Shown piece by piece: positions 1-8,189 of a DNA stretch of 64,000 nucleotides. The stretch covers positions 350 to 64,349 of the forward strand of contig CAURKK010000003.1 in assembly GCA_963525505.1 (NCBI GenBank), written 5' to 3'. The notes under the pieces were generated by a model that saw nothing but the letters and a program-made list of their open reading frames with translations, had not been told where the DNA came from and made no database searches. How positions within the stretch are numbered: the stretch's first letter is position 1; each line of letters opens with the position of its first letter. The translations under genes were made by a program, and so were the position numbers. The stretch is from an uncultured Gemella sp. Lineage in GTDB: Bacteria > Bacillota > Bacilli > Staphylococcales > Gemellaceae.

Positions 1-969
1 TACTTTCTTAACTTTCTTCGCTGCAAATAAACTTATTGTTCCAATACCACAGTATGCATCGATTATAGTATCAGTTTCTTTTAATTCTGCAAGTTCTAAT
101 GCTTTACTGTATAATACTTCTGTTTGAACTGGATTCACTTGATAAAATGAACGAAGTGAAATCTTAAATTCTATTCCGTCTAACGTGTCAGTTATATAAT
201 CCTTTCCAAAAAGATTTTCAGTTTTATCTCCAAAGATTACATTTGTCTTCTTATCATTAATATTTAACATAATACTAACGATTCTGTCATCTAATTTAGA
301 TATTTTCTCAATAAATTCACCTAGTTTATTAAACTTCTCCTTTGCTACAATACCTACCATAATTTCATTTTTTAGGGTATTTGTTCTGAACATAATATGT
401 CTAATTGCACCTGAGTGATTGTTTTCATCATAAACAGATAAGTTAAGCTCTGTGATTATACTACGTAACTTGTTCATTAATACATTGTGTTCATCATATT
501 GAATAAAACATTTCTCTATATTAACAACATCATGGCTTCGTGGTTTATAATATCCCATCTTAACTTCACCATTAACTTTTTGCACTGGAATAACAGACTT
601 ATTACGATAATGATATCCATCTTCCATACCTAGTGTATCTAATACTTCGATAGAATCTTTACCAAGGGTTTTATCCATAACATTTTGAACTTTTTTCTTC
701 TTAAATTTCAACTGTTCTTCATAGTTCATATGAACTAAATTTGCTCCAGAAGTCTTCGGAATACCATCTACTCTATTTTTAGAATTCTCTATAATATTAA
801 GAACTTTCCCATAACCAAGATTTTTCTTTAATTTAATTATCTTAAACTTAATTACTTCACCTTCTATAACATCTTCAATAAAAATCGGAAAATTATCAAT
901 TTTAACTACACCAAGACCATCATGTGTGTAATCTATAACCTTCCCTTCGAATATATCATTTTTTTGCAT
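1..969 (-). CDS. rlmD: 23S rRNA (uracil-5)-methyltransferase RlmD (5' part; truncated by window edge)
   Basis: Manual translation of minus strand from ATG at 969: MQKNDIFEGKVIDYTHDGLGVVK (TRAM domain), later YRNKS, SFYQVN, DAYCGIGTISL motifs; not in ORF track because open at the edge. Confidence 0.9.
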   Translation of the reverse strand, partial: MQKNDIFEGKVIDYTHDGLGVVKIDNFPIFIEDVIEGEVIKFKIIKLKKNLGYGKVLNIIENSKNRVDGIPKTSGANLVHMNYEEQLKFKKKKVQNVMDKTLGKDSIEVLDTLGMEDGYHYRNKSVIPVQKVNGEVKMGYYKPRSHDVVNIEKCFIQYDEHNVLMNKLRSIITELNLSVYDENNHSGAIRHIMFRTNTLKNEIMVGIVAKEKFNKLGEFIEKISKLDDRIVSIMLNINDKKTNVIFGDKTENLFGKDYITDTLDGIEFKISLRSFYQVNPVQTEVLYSKALELAELKETDTIIDAYCGIGTISLFAAKKVKKV

Positions 970-1060
970 AATTCACCTTTCTAAAATAAAAAGAAGAACA
1001 GATATAGGAAACTGACTTCCCTACTCTGTTCTCCTACATTTAATATTTATTAAACTATCT

Positions 1061-1507
1061 TTACATGCTTAAACCAATTACTTTAATTGAATTAACAAAT
1101 TCAAGATTTTTAATTCGTTTATTTAATTTTTCAATATTTATATCACCTGAGCTAAGCTCTAAAGAAATAATTATTGTAGCTTTTGCATTTATCGGTACTG
1201 TTTGGTGAATTGTAAGTACACTACACTTCTCTTCATTAACAACCGATAAAATTCTACCTAATATTCCTGGAATATCATCAACATCAATAGACAACGATAG
1301 AATTGATTGTCTTTTCACATCTTGAATAGGATAAATTGTATCTTTATATTTATAAAATGCACTTCTACTTAAATCAAATCTCTTCGAAGCTTCTAAAATT
1401 GATAACTTTGAATCATCTTCTAAAGCTTTTTTCATAGCTAATGTCTTTTTTACAGCTTCAGGTAATACATCTTCTCTAATTATATAATAAACTTTTTCTT
1501 TATCCAT
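1061..1507 (-). CDS. ACT-domain protein, PheB/ThrR (UPF0735) family
   Basis: YIIREDVLPEAVKKT...SRSAFYKYKD N-terminus plus ACT domain; usual position downstream of obg. Confidence 0.85.
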   Translation of the reverse strand: MDKEKVYYIIREDVLPEAVKKTLAMKKALEDDSKLSILEASKRFDLSRSAFYKYKDTIYPIQDVKRQSILSLSIDVDDIPGILGRILSVVNEEKCSVLTIHQTVPINAKATIIISLELSSGDINIEKLNKRIKNLEFVNSIKVIGLSM

Positions 1508-1519
1508 AGTGGCTATCTC

Positions 1520-2824
1520 CTACTCTACGAATTCAAACTCACCTTTAAGGATTTTAACAGTATCACCGTTTTTACATCCTCTTTCACGTAAAGCATCATC
1601 TACACCCATAGAACGCATTTGCTGAGCAAAACGTCTAACAGAAGCATCACGGTTAAAGTCAGTCATTAAGAATGCACGTTCAATACCAGGCCCACTTACA
1701 ACATAAGCACCAGTATCATCACGAGTAATCTTGAATGTTTCATCCTTAGGCTTATGTTTATAAAGAACTCTGTTTTCCATACTTTCTTCTTCAGTATCAA
1801 GTTCATATAACGTATTTGGATCTGTGTTGTCTAATATATCACTTATTTTATAAAGTAAGTTATCAATATTACTACGAGTGAAGGCAGAAATTTCAACGAT
1901 ATCCACTTCTTCACCATCATTTTCTAATTGTTTTTTAAACTCTTTAAGATTATCACTTGCAACTGGAATATCCATCTTATTAGCTACAACTACTTGAGGT
2001 CTTTCTAAAAGTCTCATATTGTATTCCGCTAACTCTTGGTTAATAATTTTATAATCTTCATATGGATCACGTCCATCAGTTGCCGACATATCTATTACGT
2101 GTACAATAACCTTTGTTCTTTCAATGTGTCGTAAGAATTGATGTCCAAGCCCTACACCTTGACTAGCTCCTTCAATTAATCCTGGAAGGTCAGCCATAAC
2201 AAAACTTCTGTGATCTTTTGTTTCTACTACTCCAAGATTTGGTGCTAATGTTGTAAAGTGATAATCAGCAATTTTTGGTTTTGCTTTTGATGTTATTGAT
2301 AATAATGTTGATTTACCAACAGAAGGGAATCCAACAAGACCTACATCAGCCATAAGTTTTAATTCTAATGTAAGATTTCTTTCTTCTCCTGGTTCACCAT
2401 TTTCAGCGATTTCTGGCGCTGGGTTTGAAGGTGTTGCGAAACGACAGTTTCCACGTCCTCCGCGTCCTCCACGAGCTACTACTACTTCTTGCTCATGTTC
2501 TACTAAATCTGCTAATACCTCTCCAGTATCAGTATCACGAATTACTGTTCCTGGTGGCACTTTTAAGTACAGATCTTTAGACTTTCTACCATGCATCCCC
2601 TTACTCATTCCATTTTCACCATTAGGTGCAACGAATTTCTTTTGGTAACGGTAATCCATGAATGTTCTTAACCCTTCATCAACAATGAATACAACATTGG
2701 CACCACGTCCACCGTCTCCACCAGCTGGTCCACCTTTCGGGACATACTTTTCTCTTCTAAATGCTACTAATCCATTCCCACCATCACCTGATCGGACGAA
2801 TATTTTTACCTCATCTAAAAACAT
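1520..2824 (-). CDS. obgE: GTPase ObgE/CgtA
   Basis: Gly-rich Obg domain, [22 protein letters not shown]-terminal OCT domain. Confidence 0.98.
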   Translation of the reverse strand: MFLDEVKIFVRSGDGGNGLVAFRREKYVPKGGPAGGDGGRGANVVFIVDEGLRTFMDYRYQKKFVAPNGENGMSKGMHGRKSKDLYLKVPPGTVIRDTDTGEVLADLVEHEQEVVVARGGRGGRGNCRFATPSNPAPEIAENGEPGEERNLTLELKLMADVGLVGFPSVGKSTLLSITSKAKPKIADYHFTTLAPNLGVVETKDHRSFVMADLPGLIEGASQGVGLGHQFLRHIERTKVIVHVIDMSATDGRDPYEDYKIINQELAEYNMRLLERPQVVVANKMDIPVASDNLKEFKKQLENDGEEVDIVEISAFTRSNIDNLLYKISDILDNTDPNTLYELDTEEESMENRVLYKHKPKDETFKITRDDTGAYVVSGPGIERAFLMTDFNRDASVRRFAQQMRSMGVDDALRERGCKNGDTVKILKGEFEFVE

Positions 2825-3003
2825 AAAAATCTCCTATAAAATTCTCTTTATTTTCTTAAACTTCAACTTTTAAACTATATAAAATTCAACTCGATAAAAG
2901 TTCATATACCATGAACTATTATAACATAATTTTCCTTATGATAATAATATTTAGCGAGATTTTAAACAAAAAAATATACGGCTGCATACACAACCGTACT
3001 TTA

Positions 3004-3077
3004 CTCCACAGGTAGGACTCGAACCTACGACCCTCTGATTAACAGTCAGATGCTACTACCAACTGAGCTACTGTGGA
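3004..3077 (-). tRNA. tRNA-Asn(GTT)
   Basis: Reverse complement TCCACAGTAGCTCAG...CTGACTGTTAATCAG...GTTCGAGTCCTACCTGTGGAG; CCA not encoded. Confidence 0.95.
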
Positions 3078-3098
3078 AAAATATCTAAAATAAAAAAA

Positions 3099-3172
3099 TG
3101 GAGCGGGTGATGAGAATCGAACTCACAACATCAGTTTGGAAGACTGAGGTTTTACCACTAAACTACACCCGC
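3099..3172 (-). tRNA. tRNA-Gly(TCC)
   Basis: Reverse complement GCGGGTGTAGTTTAGTGGTAAAACCTCAGTCTTCCAAACTGA...GTTCGATTCTCATCACCCGCTCCA. Confidence 0.95.
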
Positions 3173-3201
3173 ATAAATATTTGTTATTAACTTATGTATT
3201 A

Positions 3202-3230
3202 ATTATATAATAGATATTATAGTTTGTCAA
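3202..3230 (-). promoter_or_regulatory. sigma-A promoter of tRNA-Gly/tRNA-Asn operon
   Basis: TTGACA-N17-TATAAT on minus strand. Confidence 0.8.
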
Positions 3231-3551
3231 CAACTTTTTTATTTTTTTATTATTTTTTTTGAAACTTCCAATTTTGTTAGCTTTGCTAAAGAATTCTATA
3301 TTAAAAACAAGAAACATCTGTAGAAAAATTAACAATATTTTCATTGGATAGTAAATAGTATAATATTTTTCCTTGAATTTGTAAAGTATTTTTATAAGAA
3401 TCCCTGAAATTTATTCCTACTTTGAGATTTTTAAGAAACCTAATCAAAGTATATTGACTGAGCTATTCTGGTATTATATAATTTTTTTTATAGAAAGATA
3501 ATTCAAAATATTTTATAAGAATTAAACATTATAGATTAGGAGAAGGAAAAT

Positions 3552-4097
3552 ATGAAATCTAAATTACTTTTTACAGTTTTGTTATCAACTTCTGTAATTC
3601 TAAGTGGGTGTTCATTATTTAAAAGTGATCTAATTAAACAAAGTAAATCTACAGTAGAAAATAAAGCGACAACAAAAAATGAAAATTCATCAGATAAAGT
3701 TTACGGCCTTAATGAAGAATGGATTGTAGATGGTCAATGGAGATTAAAAATAACAGAGGTTAAAACTACTCAAGATAGAAATAAACATATCAAAGATAAA
3801 ATAGCACAAGTAGTTATCATTAAATATACTTATGAGAACTTAGGTTTTAAAAATGAATATCAAGACCTATTTTTAGCTCCTAAAACAGTTGTTGATGGAG
3901 CAGAAAATGAGGCTAGAATTTATCCAGTTAATTCTTCAAAATATCCCGAACCTACTCCAGTTGGTGCAATTTCAGAATCTGCTATAGGATATGGTTTAAG
4001 CGTAGAAAGTGACAAAATTAAAATTTCTTTTACACAATTCGATAAAGATGGTAAAAAAATGGAAAATGCTACTTTCGAAGTGCCAGTAACTAAATAA
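3552..4097 (+). CDS. Lipoprotein of unknown function, probable Ig-like fold (DUF4352/DUF5067-like)
   Basis: Signal peptide with lipobox LSGC; beta-rich body (VVIIKYTYEN). Confidence 0.65.
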   Translation: MKSKLLFTVLLSTSVILSGCSLFKSDLIKQSKSTVENKATTKNENSSDKVYGLNEEWIVDGQWRLKITEVKTTQDRNKHIKDKIAQVVIIKYTYENLGFKNEYQDLFLAPKTVVDGAENEARIYPVNSSKYPEPTPVGAISESAIGYGLSVESDKIKISFTQFDKDGKKMENATFEVPVTK

Positions 4098-4171
4098 TAC
4101 ATACAATATAATTACTAACATAGATACTTAATTGTATCTATCGTAAACCATAACTAGAGCTCAGTGCTCTC

Positions 4172-4210
4172 ATCCGTCAGTGATTAAGTTACTGACGGAT
4201 TTTTTATTTT
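4172..4210 (+). terminator. Rho-independent terminator after lipoprotein gene
   Basis: ATCCGTCAGTGA..TTACTGACGGAT followed by T tract. Confidence 0.8.
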
Positions 4211-4298
4211 ATGTAATATAGCATTCAAATGGCATTCAATTACTCTTCTATACCATAAAAAAGAAAATCAAAACACAGTCAAAACATTGTCAAAAAGC

Positions 4299-4363
4299 AA
4301 AACAAAAAGCCTTAAACGATGATACTTTAAGGCTTCTCTAACTTTATTATTTAGTTTCTCTGT
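4299..4363. repeat. att direct repeat, left copy (duplicated rpmG 3' end + terminator)
   Basis: AAAACAAAAAGCCTTAAACG(A)TGATACTTTAAGGCTTCTCTAACTTTATTATTTAGTTTCTCTGT, 64/65 identical to 14958-15022. Confidence 0.93.
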
Positions 4364-4466
4364 TTGATTTGATAATTTCTATAAATTCCCAGTACTTTCC
4401 AACCATTGATATATCAACATTTTTATATTTAGTAATTTTTCAATAATGTTGGTAAATATTTCAATT

Positions 4467-4487
4467 TGTGGGTCAAGTGTGGGTCAA
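4467..4487. repeat. Putative integrase arm-type binding sites (left)
   Basis: TGTGGGTCAAG tandem 11-mer, same motif as 14929-14956 at the other end of the element. Confidence 0.75.
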
Positions 4488-4585
4488 CTCAAGATTATTT
4501 TTATTATTTATCTAGCACATATCAAAGGAATTAAGTAGACTTAAAATTTATAGTATAGGTATGTGCATTTTTTGCACTAACCACT

Positions 4586-4616
4586 TTAAAGGACGGTTTT
4601 CTAACCGTCTTTTTAA
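4586..4616. terminator. Terminator-like hairpin downstream of PBECR4-like gene
   Basis: AAAGGACGGTT-ttct-AACCGTCTTT inverted repeat. Confidence 0.6.
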
Positions 4617-4643
4617 GATGAAAAAAAGACTAAGAATAACAAC

Positions 4644-5165
4644 TTAGTCTAACCATTTTATATTTTTAATTGTCGTTCTACGAGTTTTATTATATTTTCT
4701 AGAATCATCTTCGTGTAAAGTAACTAGTTTATAAGAATCATTAATCTTTCTTAACCCCAATACTATCGAGGTTCTTCCAGTCGTTTCATATACTACTAGA
4801 TTTAACTTCATACCATTTCTAGGTATATCTTTATCTACGACACATATATTTATTTCTTTACCGTAAAATACTTTCTCAATAAAATTATAATTTCTGAATC
4901 TAGAAAACATATCGGAAAAATCTTGATGATTAGATAAATCAGAAATTAATAATTCATTATTTTTTATCATTTCTATACTTTTATTAGCGTAAATATTCTT
5001 AGGTAAAACATAGTGAAGTCCTAATAGATGATGTAAATCAGTTTCACTAAATATAACCACTACATCCTTCATCTTTTTATAATTCAACTCTAATAAACAT
5101 TTTTTATTACAGAATTTTTCTTGATAATCTTCTAATGTGCTTTGTAATGTTGCATCACTATCCAT
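4644..5165 (-). CDS. PBECR4-like (phage Barnase/EndoU/ColicinE5-D/RelE fold) putative ribonuclease
   Basis: Probable start MDSDATLQ at 5165 behind AGGAGG SD (ORF-track extension to 5255 runs into the RNA); FSETDLHHLLGLHY resembles the F-x3-[ND]-x2-HLxGL motif of PBECR4 proteins. Confidence 0.6.
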   Translation of the reverse strand: MDSDATLQSTLEDYQEKFCNKKCLLELNYKKMKDVVVIFSETDLHHLLGLHYVLPKNIYANKSIEMIKNNELLISDLSNHQDFSDMFSRFRNYNFIEKVFYGKEINICVVDKDIPRNGMKLNLVVYETTGRTSIVLGLRKINDSYKLVTLHEDDSRKYNKTRRTTIKNIKWLD

Positions 5166-5184
5166 ACAACCTCCTTTATAAAGA

Positions 5185-5440
5185 TAAAAAAAATAAGCAC
5201 GGAACGGAAGTAGTCTCCGTACGGGACAATCGATTAGTTGTTGATAGTGGAACAACTAACTCCCTACTGTTGTGCTTCTTAGGCTTGTCGCAAGGGAACA
5301 GTTCTTAAGCTCTGCCAAGCGGTGTAACGTGCTTCTATTACACCTCTATATCACTATAGATTAATTCGTTTAAACGGCTTGAGACGATTTCTTAAAATTG
5401 CTAATTTAATGGAATACCCATCAATAACCTCCTGTCTCTA
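5185..5440 (-). ncRNA. Candidate structured leader/antitoxin RNA upstream of PBECR4-like gene
   Basis: Locally GC-richer; at least 6 hairpins; loop AAGCACG (5328-5334) complementary to 3' CGTGCTT (5195-5201); ends in a U tract. Confidence 0.6.
5401..5421 (-). CDS. 6-codon upstream mini-ORF (MGIPLN) inside the leader RNA
   Basis: AGGAGG (5428-5433) + 6 nt + ATG GGT ATT CCA TTA AAT TAG. Confidence 0.4.
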   Translation of the reverse strand: MGIPLN

Positions 5441-5445
5441 TATTT

Positions 5446-5474
5446 ATTTTATATCAACATTATACTTTTGTCAA
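5446..5474 (-). promoter_or_regulatory. sigma-A promoter of leader RNA / PBECR4-like gene
   Basis: TTGACA-N17-TAAAAT on minus strand. Confidence 0.75.
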
Positions 5475-5716
5475 CTTTTCTTATTACGTCTTAATATTTT
5501 TGTGCCCTTTTGTACTGTACTCTCTCAGCATTTTACGTTCTAAGCGTTCTGATTTTACTTTCCCTTATAGTTATATCCCTTGACCTCTTATAAGGTAAAT
5601 AAATGCTTGTATTTCCCATTATTTTACATCACAAACGATATACTAGTAAATATTACTGCATTGTTGTGGTATATGATTTCTTATAAATAATGTAATAACT
5701 TCGACTAGAAGTAACA

Positions 5717-5829
5717 TTGATTATTTTAAAATATTATATTATAATATAAGTAACAAAAGAGATATCGGACGTCTTCCCCCCAGTTTTTTTGGAGGATGGA
5801 TCAATATCTCTTTTTATTTTTTTGTTACT
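5717..5829 (+). ncRNA. Orphan sRNA cassette 1 (promoter + hairpin + U tract)
   Basis: TTGATT-N17-TATAAT (5717-5745), stem AAAAGAGATAT/ATATCTCTTTT enclosing CGTCTTCC/GGAGGATG, then T tract; no ORF follows. Confidence 0.5.
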
Positions 5830-5862
5830 ATGTCTTCTATAGTGTTATTTTATTTAAAAGTA

Positions 5863-5930
5863 TGATATAATAGTATCAAATAGAAATAGTAACCGCATTC
5901 CCACTGGAGAGCGGGTACTATTCTTTTTTT
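5863..5930 (+). ncRNA. Orphan sRNA cassette 2 (extended -10 + hairpin + U tract)
   Basis: TGATATAAT (5863-5871), stem AATAGTA-A-CCGC/GCGG-G-TACTATT with inner TTCC/GGAG, then T7. Confidence 0.5.
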
Positions 5931-5960
5931 ATGCTATATATCTTTAAATACCACTAATTT

Positions 5961-6734
5961 CTATATAGGTTTTCAATGTAGTATTTTGTAGTAATTTTAT
6001 ATATAGGTTTCCGCACTTTCATTTTTCAACATTTTCACTTATACAGAATTTTATTCCAACATTTTCCAACAATTTAACTTTCACGCGAAAAAATATGTAC
6101 AGTGACGGCGTGAAGTCCAAACAATATAGTGGAGAGGTACTCTCCCCCTTTAAAAATTCTTTTTGATCTATATAGGATTTTATATAAGGTTTTTGAAAAC
6201 TCCTTTAAGACTGCCGAAACTGCCGATTTTAAAGATATATAGATTTTATGCCTACATTTGCCAACATATAGGTTTTATTTGACAAGTTTTGACAAGTTTT
6301 TTTATCTATATATGCTTTTATACCAACATTTACCAACATTTTATACAACATGAATTACACTCATATTTCTTAAATTTTATTTATATATAGGTTATTTTTC
6401 CGATATTTTATGTAAAAAAACGTTATTTTTACCTCTAAAAATGGTAGTTTTTGTTAGTAAAAAGTAGTTTTTTCATACTGCTGTTTAAAAGCTGTTTAAC
6501 GTGTTTCAACTCAATTTAGTGTAATTATATCTATTTCCACACAGAAGCGGTCTAATAACTGCATATTACCGCTCATAAGGGAAAAGAAATAGTCACTGTT
6601 CATTATTATTGTTTTTTCTCTATATACATTTCAAACCTTAGCATTTCTTAGCATTCTACCTTAGTAATTTATACCTTTTACCGCTTCTAAAAATAGTGTA
6701 TTTTATGAATTTTTTCACGCTTCGTTCACGCTTC
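5961..6734. repeat. Array of heterogeneous 9-11-bp tandem dimers interspersed with TATATAGGTTTT-like motifs; possible packaging (cos-like) region
   Basis: Dimers such as TGTAGTA, TTCCAACA, ACTGCCGA, TTTGACAAGT, TACCAACATT, GCTGTTTAA, CTTAGCATT, TTCACGCTTC; about 8-9 copies or variants of TATATAGGTTTT. Confidence 0.7.
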
Positions 6735-6750
6735 AATATAATTTCATCTA

Positions 6751-6780
6751 AAAAAAGACACCTAATAAATAGATGTCTTA
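6751..6780 (-). terminator. Terminator downstream of RinA-like gene
   Basis: AAGACATCTATTTATTAGGTGTCTTTTTT on minus strand. Confidence 0.7.
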
Positions 6781-6915
6781 ATTGTGTATACCATACATTT
6801 TTTCTTTTTTTTGGTCGCTTGCTTTTATTTAGTTCTTTTCAAATTTATTGCAGTAAACTGAAAAGATATATTGTTTATACCATACATTTTTACTTTTTTT
6901 ATCGGTGTTTTAGAT

Positions 6916-7620
6916 TTAAATATCTAGTTCTTCTAAGTACTCATTATGTAACTTCATACAGTAACGTTCACTTTTTAAACCTACCATTCTTGCTACCTTT
7001 TTCCATTCTTCAACCATTAAATACCGCCACCAGTATATATGTCTAACTCTTAAATCAGATATATTTCTAATAACACTTGATAGATACTCTTTTTCTTTCA
7101 GTGTTATTATTTTTAATTCTTCAATATATTTTTCTGTATCTTCTATTTCAGATAATAAACTGACTGCTTTAAAATCATATTCCTGTTTACTGTATTTGAT
7201 TTTTTCTTTTGAATAGTCAGTAGCTTGTATATTTGATAGATATTTTTGTTTTTCGTTCAGTTCGTCTAATGTATTATATAATTGGTATAATTGTTCTCTT
7301 AAATCTCTATACCTATTTAATTTTTGCTTTTTATCATTGTTCAATCTTTGTTCAACTCTTGGCGGGGTCTTAACTTTTATATATCCTTTATTAGATAGTA
7401 AACTGAACAACTTCACTTTATGTTCATCAATAATCTTGTTTTCTTCATCAGTTGCCTTACGTGAAAAATTAAAGTATACAGCTATCAATAATTCACGTTC
7501 TAAGCTGTCTATTTTGTTTAGGTAGGTTTCTATAGCTACCGCTTCTTTAGAGGTCGTATCGTCCATAGAACGCTCTATTATAAGGTCTAGTTTAGATAGT
7601 TCTTCTCTTGATAACTGCAT
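6916..7620 (-). CDS. RinA/ArpU (DUF1492-like) phage-type transcriptional regulator with N-terminal extension
   Basis: C-terminus ISDLRVRHIYWWRYLMVEEWKKVARMVGLKSERYCMKLH resembles the sigma4-like HTH of RinA/DUF1492 proteins. Confidence 0.65.
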   Translation of the reverse strand: MQLSREELSKLDLIIERSMDDTTSKEAVAIETYLNKIDSLERELLIAVYFNFSRKATDEENKIIDEHKVKLFSLLSNKGYIKVKTPPRVEQRLNNDKKQKLNRYRDLREQLYQLYNTLDELNEKQKYLSNIQATDYSKEKIKYSKQEYDFKAVSLLSEIEDTEKYIEELKIITLKEKEYLSSVIRNISDLRVRHIYWWRYLMVEEWKKVARMVGLKSERYCMKLHNEYLEELDI

Positions 7621-7649
7621 TATTTAAATTCCTTTCTTTCGTTTTATAT

Positions 7650-8120
7650 TTACCATAAATCACCTACAATGTATCCATTATCTTTTTTTAGATATCCACA
7701 ATATAAAGCTTGTAACACTAAATACTCTAGTATCTTGTATTTCTCTAGTAAATACCATGAAATTTCATTATCTTCCATTCTATATTCTTCAGTATCTTTT
7801 TTCTTCTTAAGTGGCTTCATAATATCTATTTCTTCATCAAAACAGATATTCAATAATTCAATAGTTATATTATGTTTATTGTTTCTTGGTACTAGTCTTA
7901 TATCGCTACCATAATTTAAGCCTTTGTAAATTTTATCTTCTTTGCTGTATACAAGAAGTCCAACTTTTATTAGTCTACCTTGAATATATTCTAAAGGTTG
8001 CATATTCTGTTTTAACCAATTTCTAACCTCTAATATATCTTTACATGGGTACATAACTCTAAATTTTTGAAAATCTTTATCTGTTATCTTCTTGAATTTT
8101 CTTCTTGATCTCTTTTTCAT
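7650..8120 (-). CDS. Hypothetical satellite protein
   Basis: Probable start MKKRSRR at 8120 behind AGGAGG; in operon with neighbours. Confidence 0.6.
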   Translation of the reverse strand: MKKRSRRKFKKITDKDFQKFRVMYPCKDILEVRNWLKQNMQPLEYIQGRLIKVGLLVYSKEDKIYKGLNYGSDIRLVPRNNKHNITIELLNICFDEEIDIMKPLKKKKDTEEYRMEDNEISWYLLEKYKILEYLVLQALYCGYLKKDNGYIVGDLW

Positions 8121-8189
8121 TACCACACCTCCTACTTTTAGAAAATCAATTCTTAAATTTAAAAAATAGAAATACCATAAATTTAAAAA

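Noticed and set aside
3004..3172. tRNA genes as the integration site of the element
   Set aside because: No duplicated tRNA 3' end found; the direct repeat corresponds to rpmG
5166..5255. N-terminal extension of the 203-aa ORF given in the track
   Set aside because: Overlaps the structured RNA; the strong SD precedes ATG at 5165
5185..5440. tmRNA, T-box or known riboswitch identity for the leader RNA
   Set aside because: No tRNA-like ends, no T-box GGTGGTACC motif, and no aptamer consensus I recognise
5961..6400. CRISPR array interpretation of the repeat/spacer pattern
   Set aside because: Constant motif is only ~12 bp and degenerate, spacing is irregular, spacers are internally duplicated, and there are no cas genes
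6696..7046. 116-aa plus-strand ORF
   Set aside because: Antisense to the RinA-like gene and its terminator, Phe/Leu-rich shadow composition, no SD
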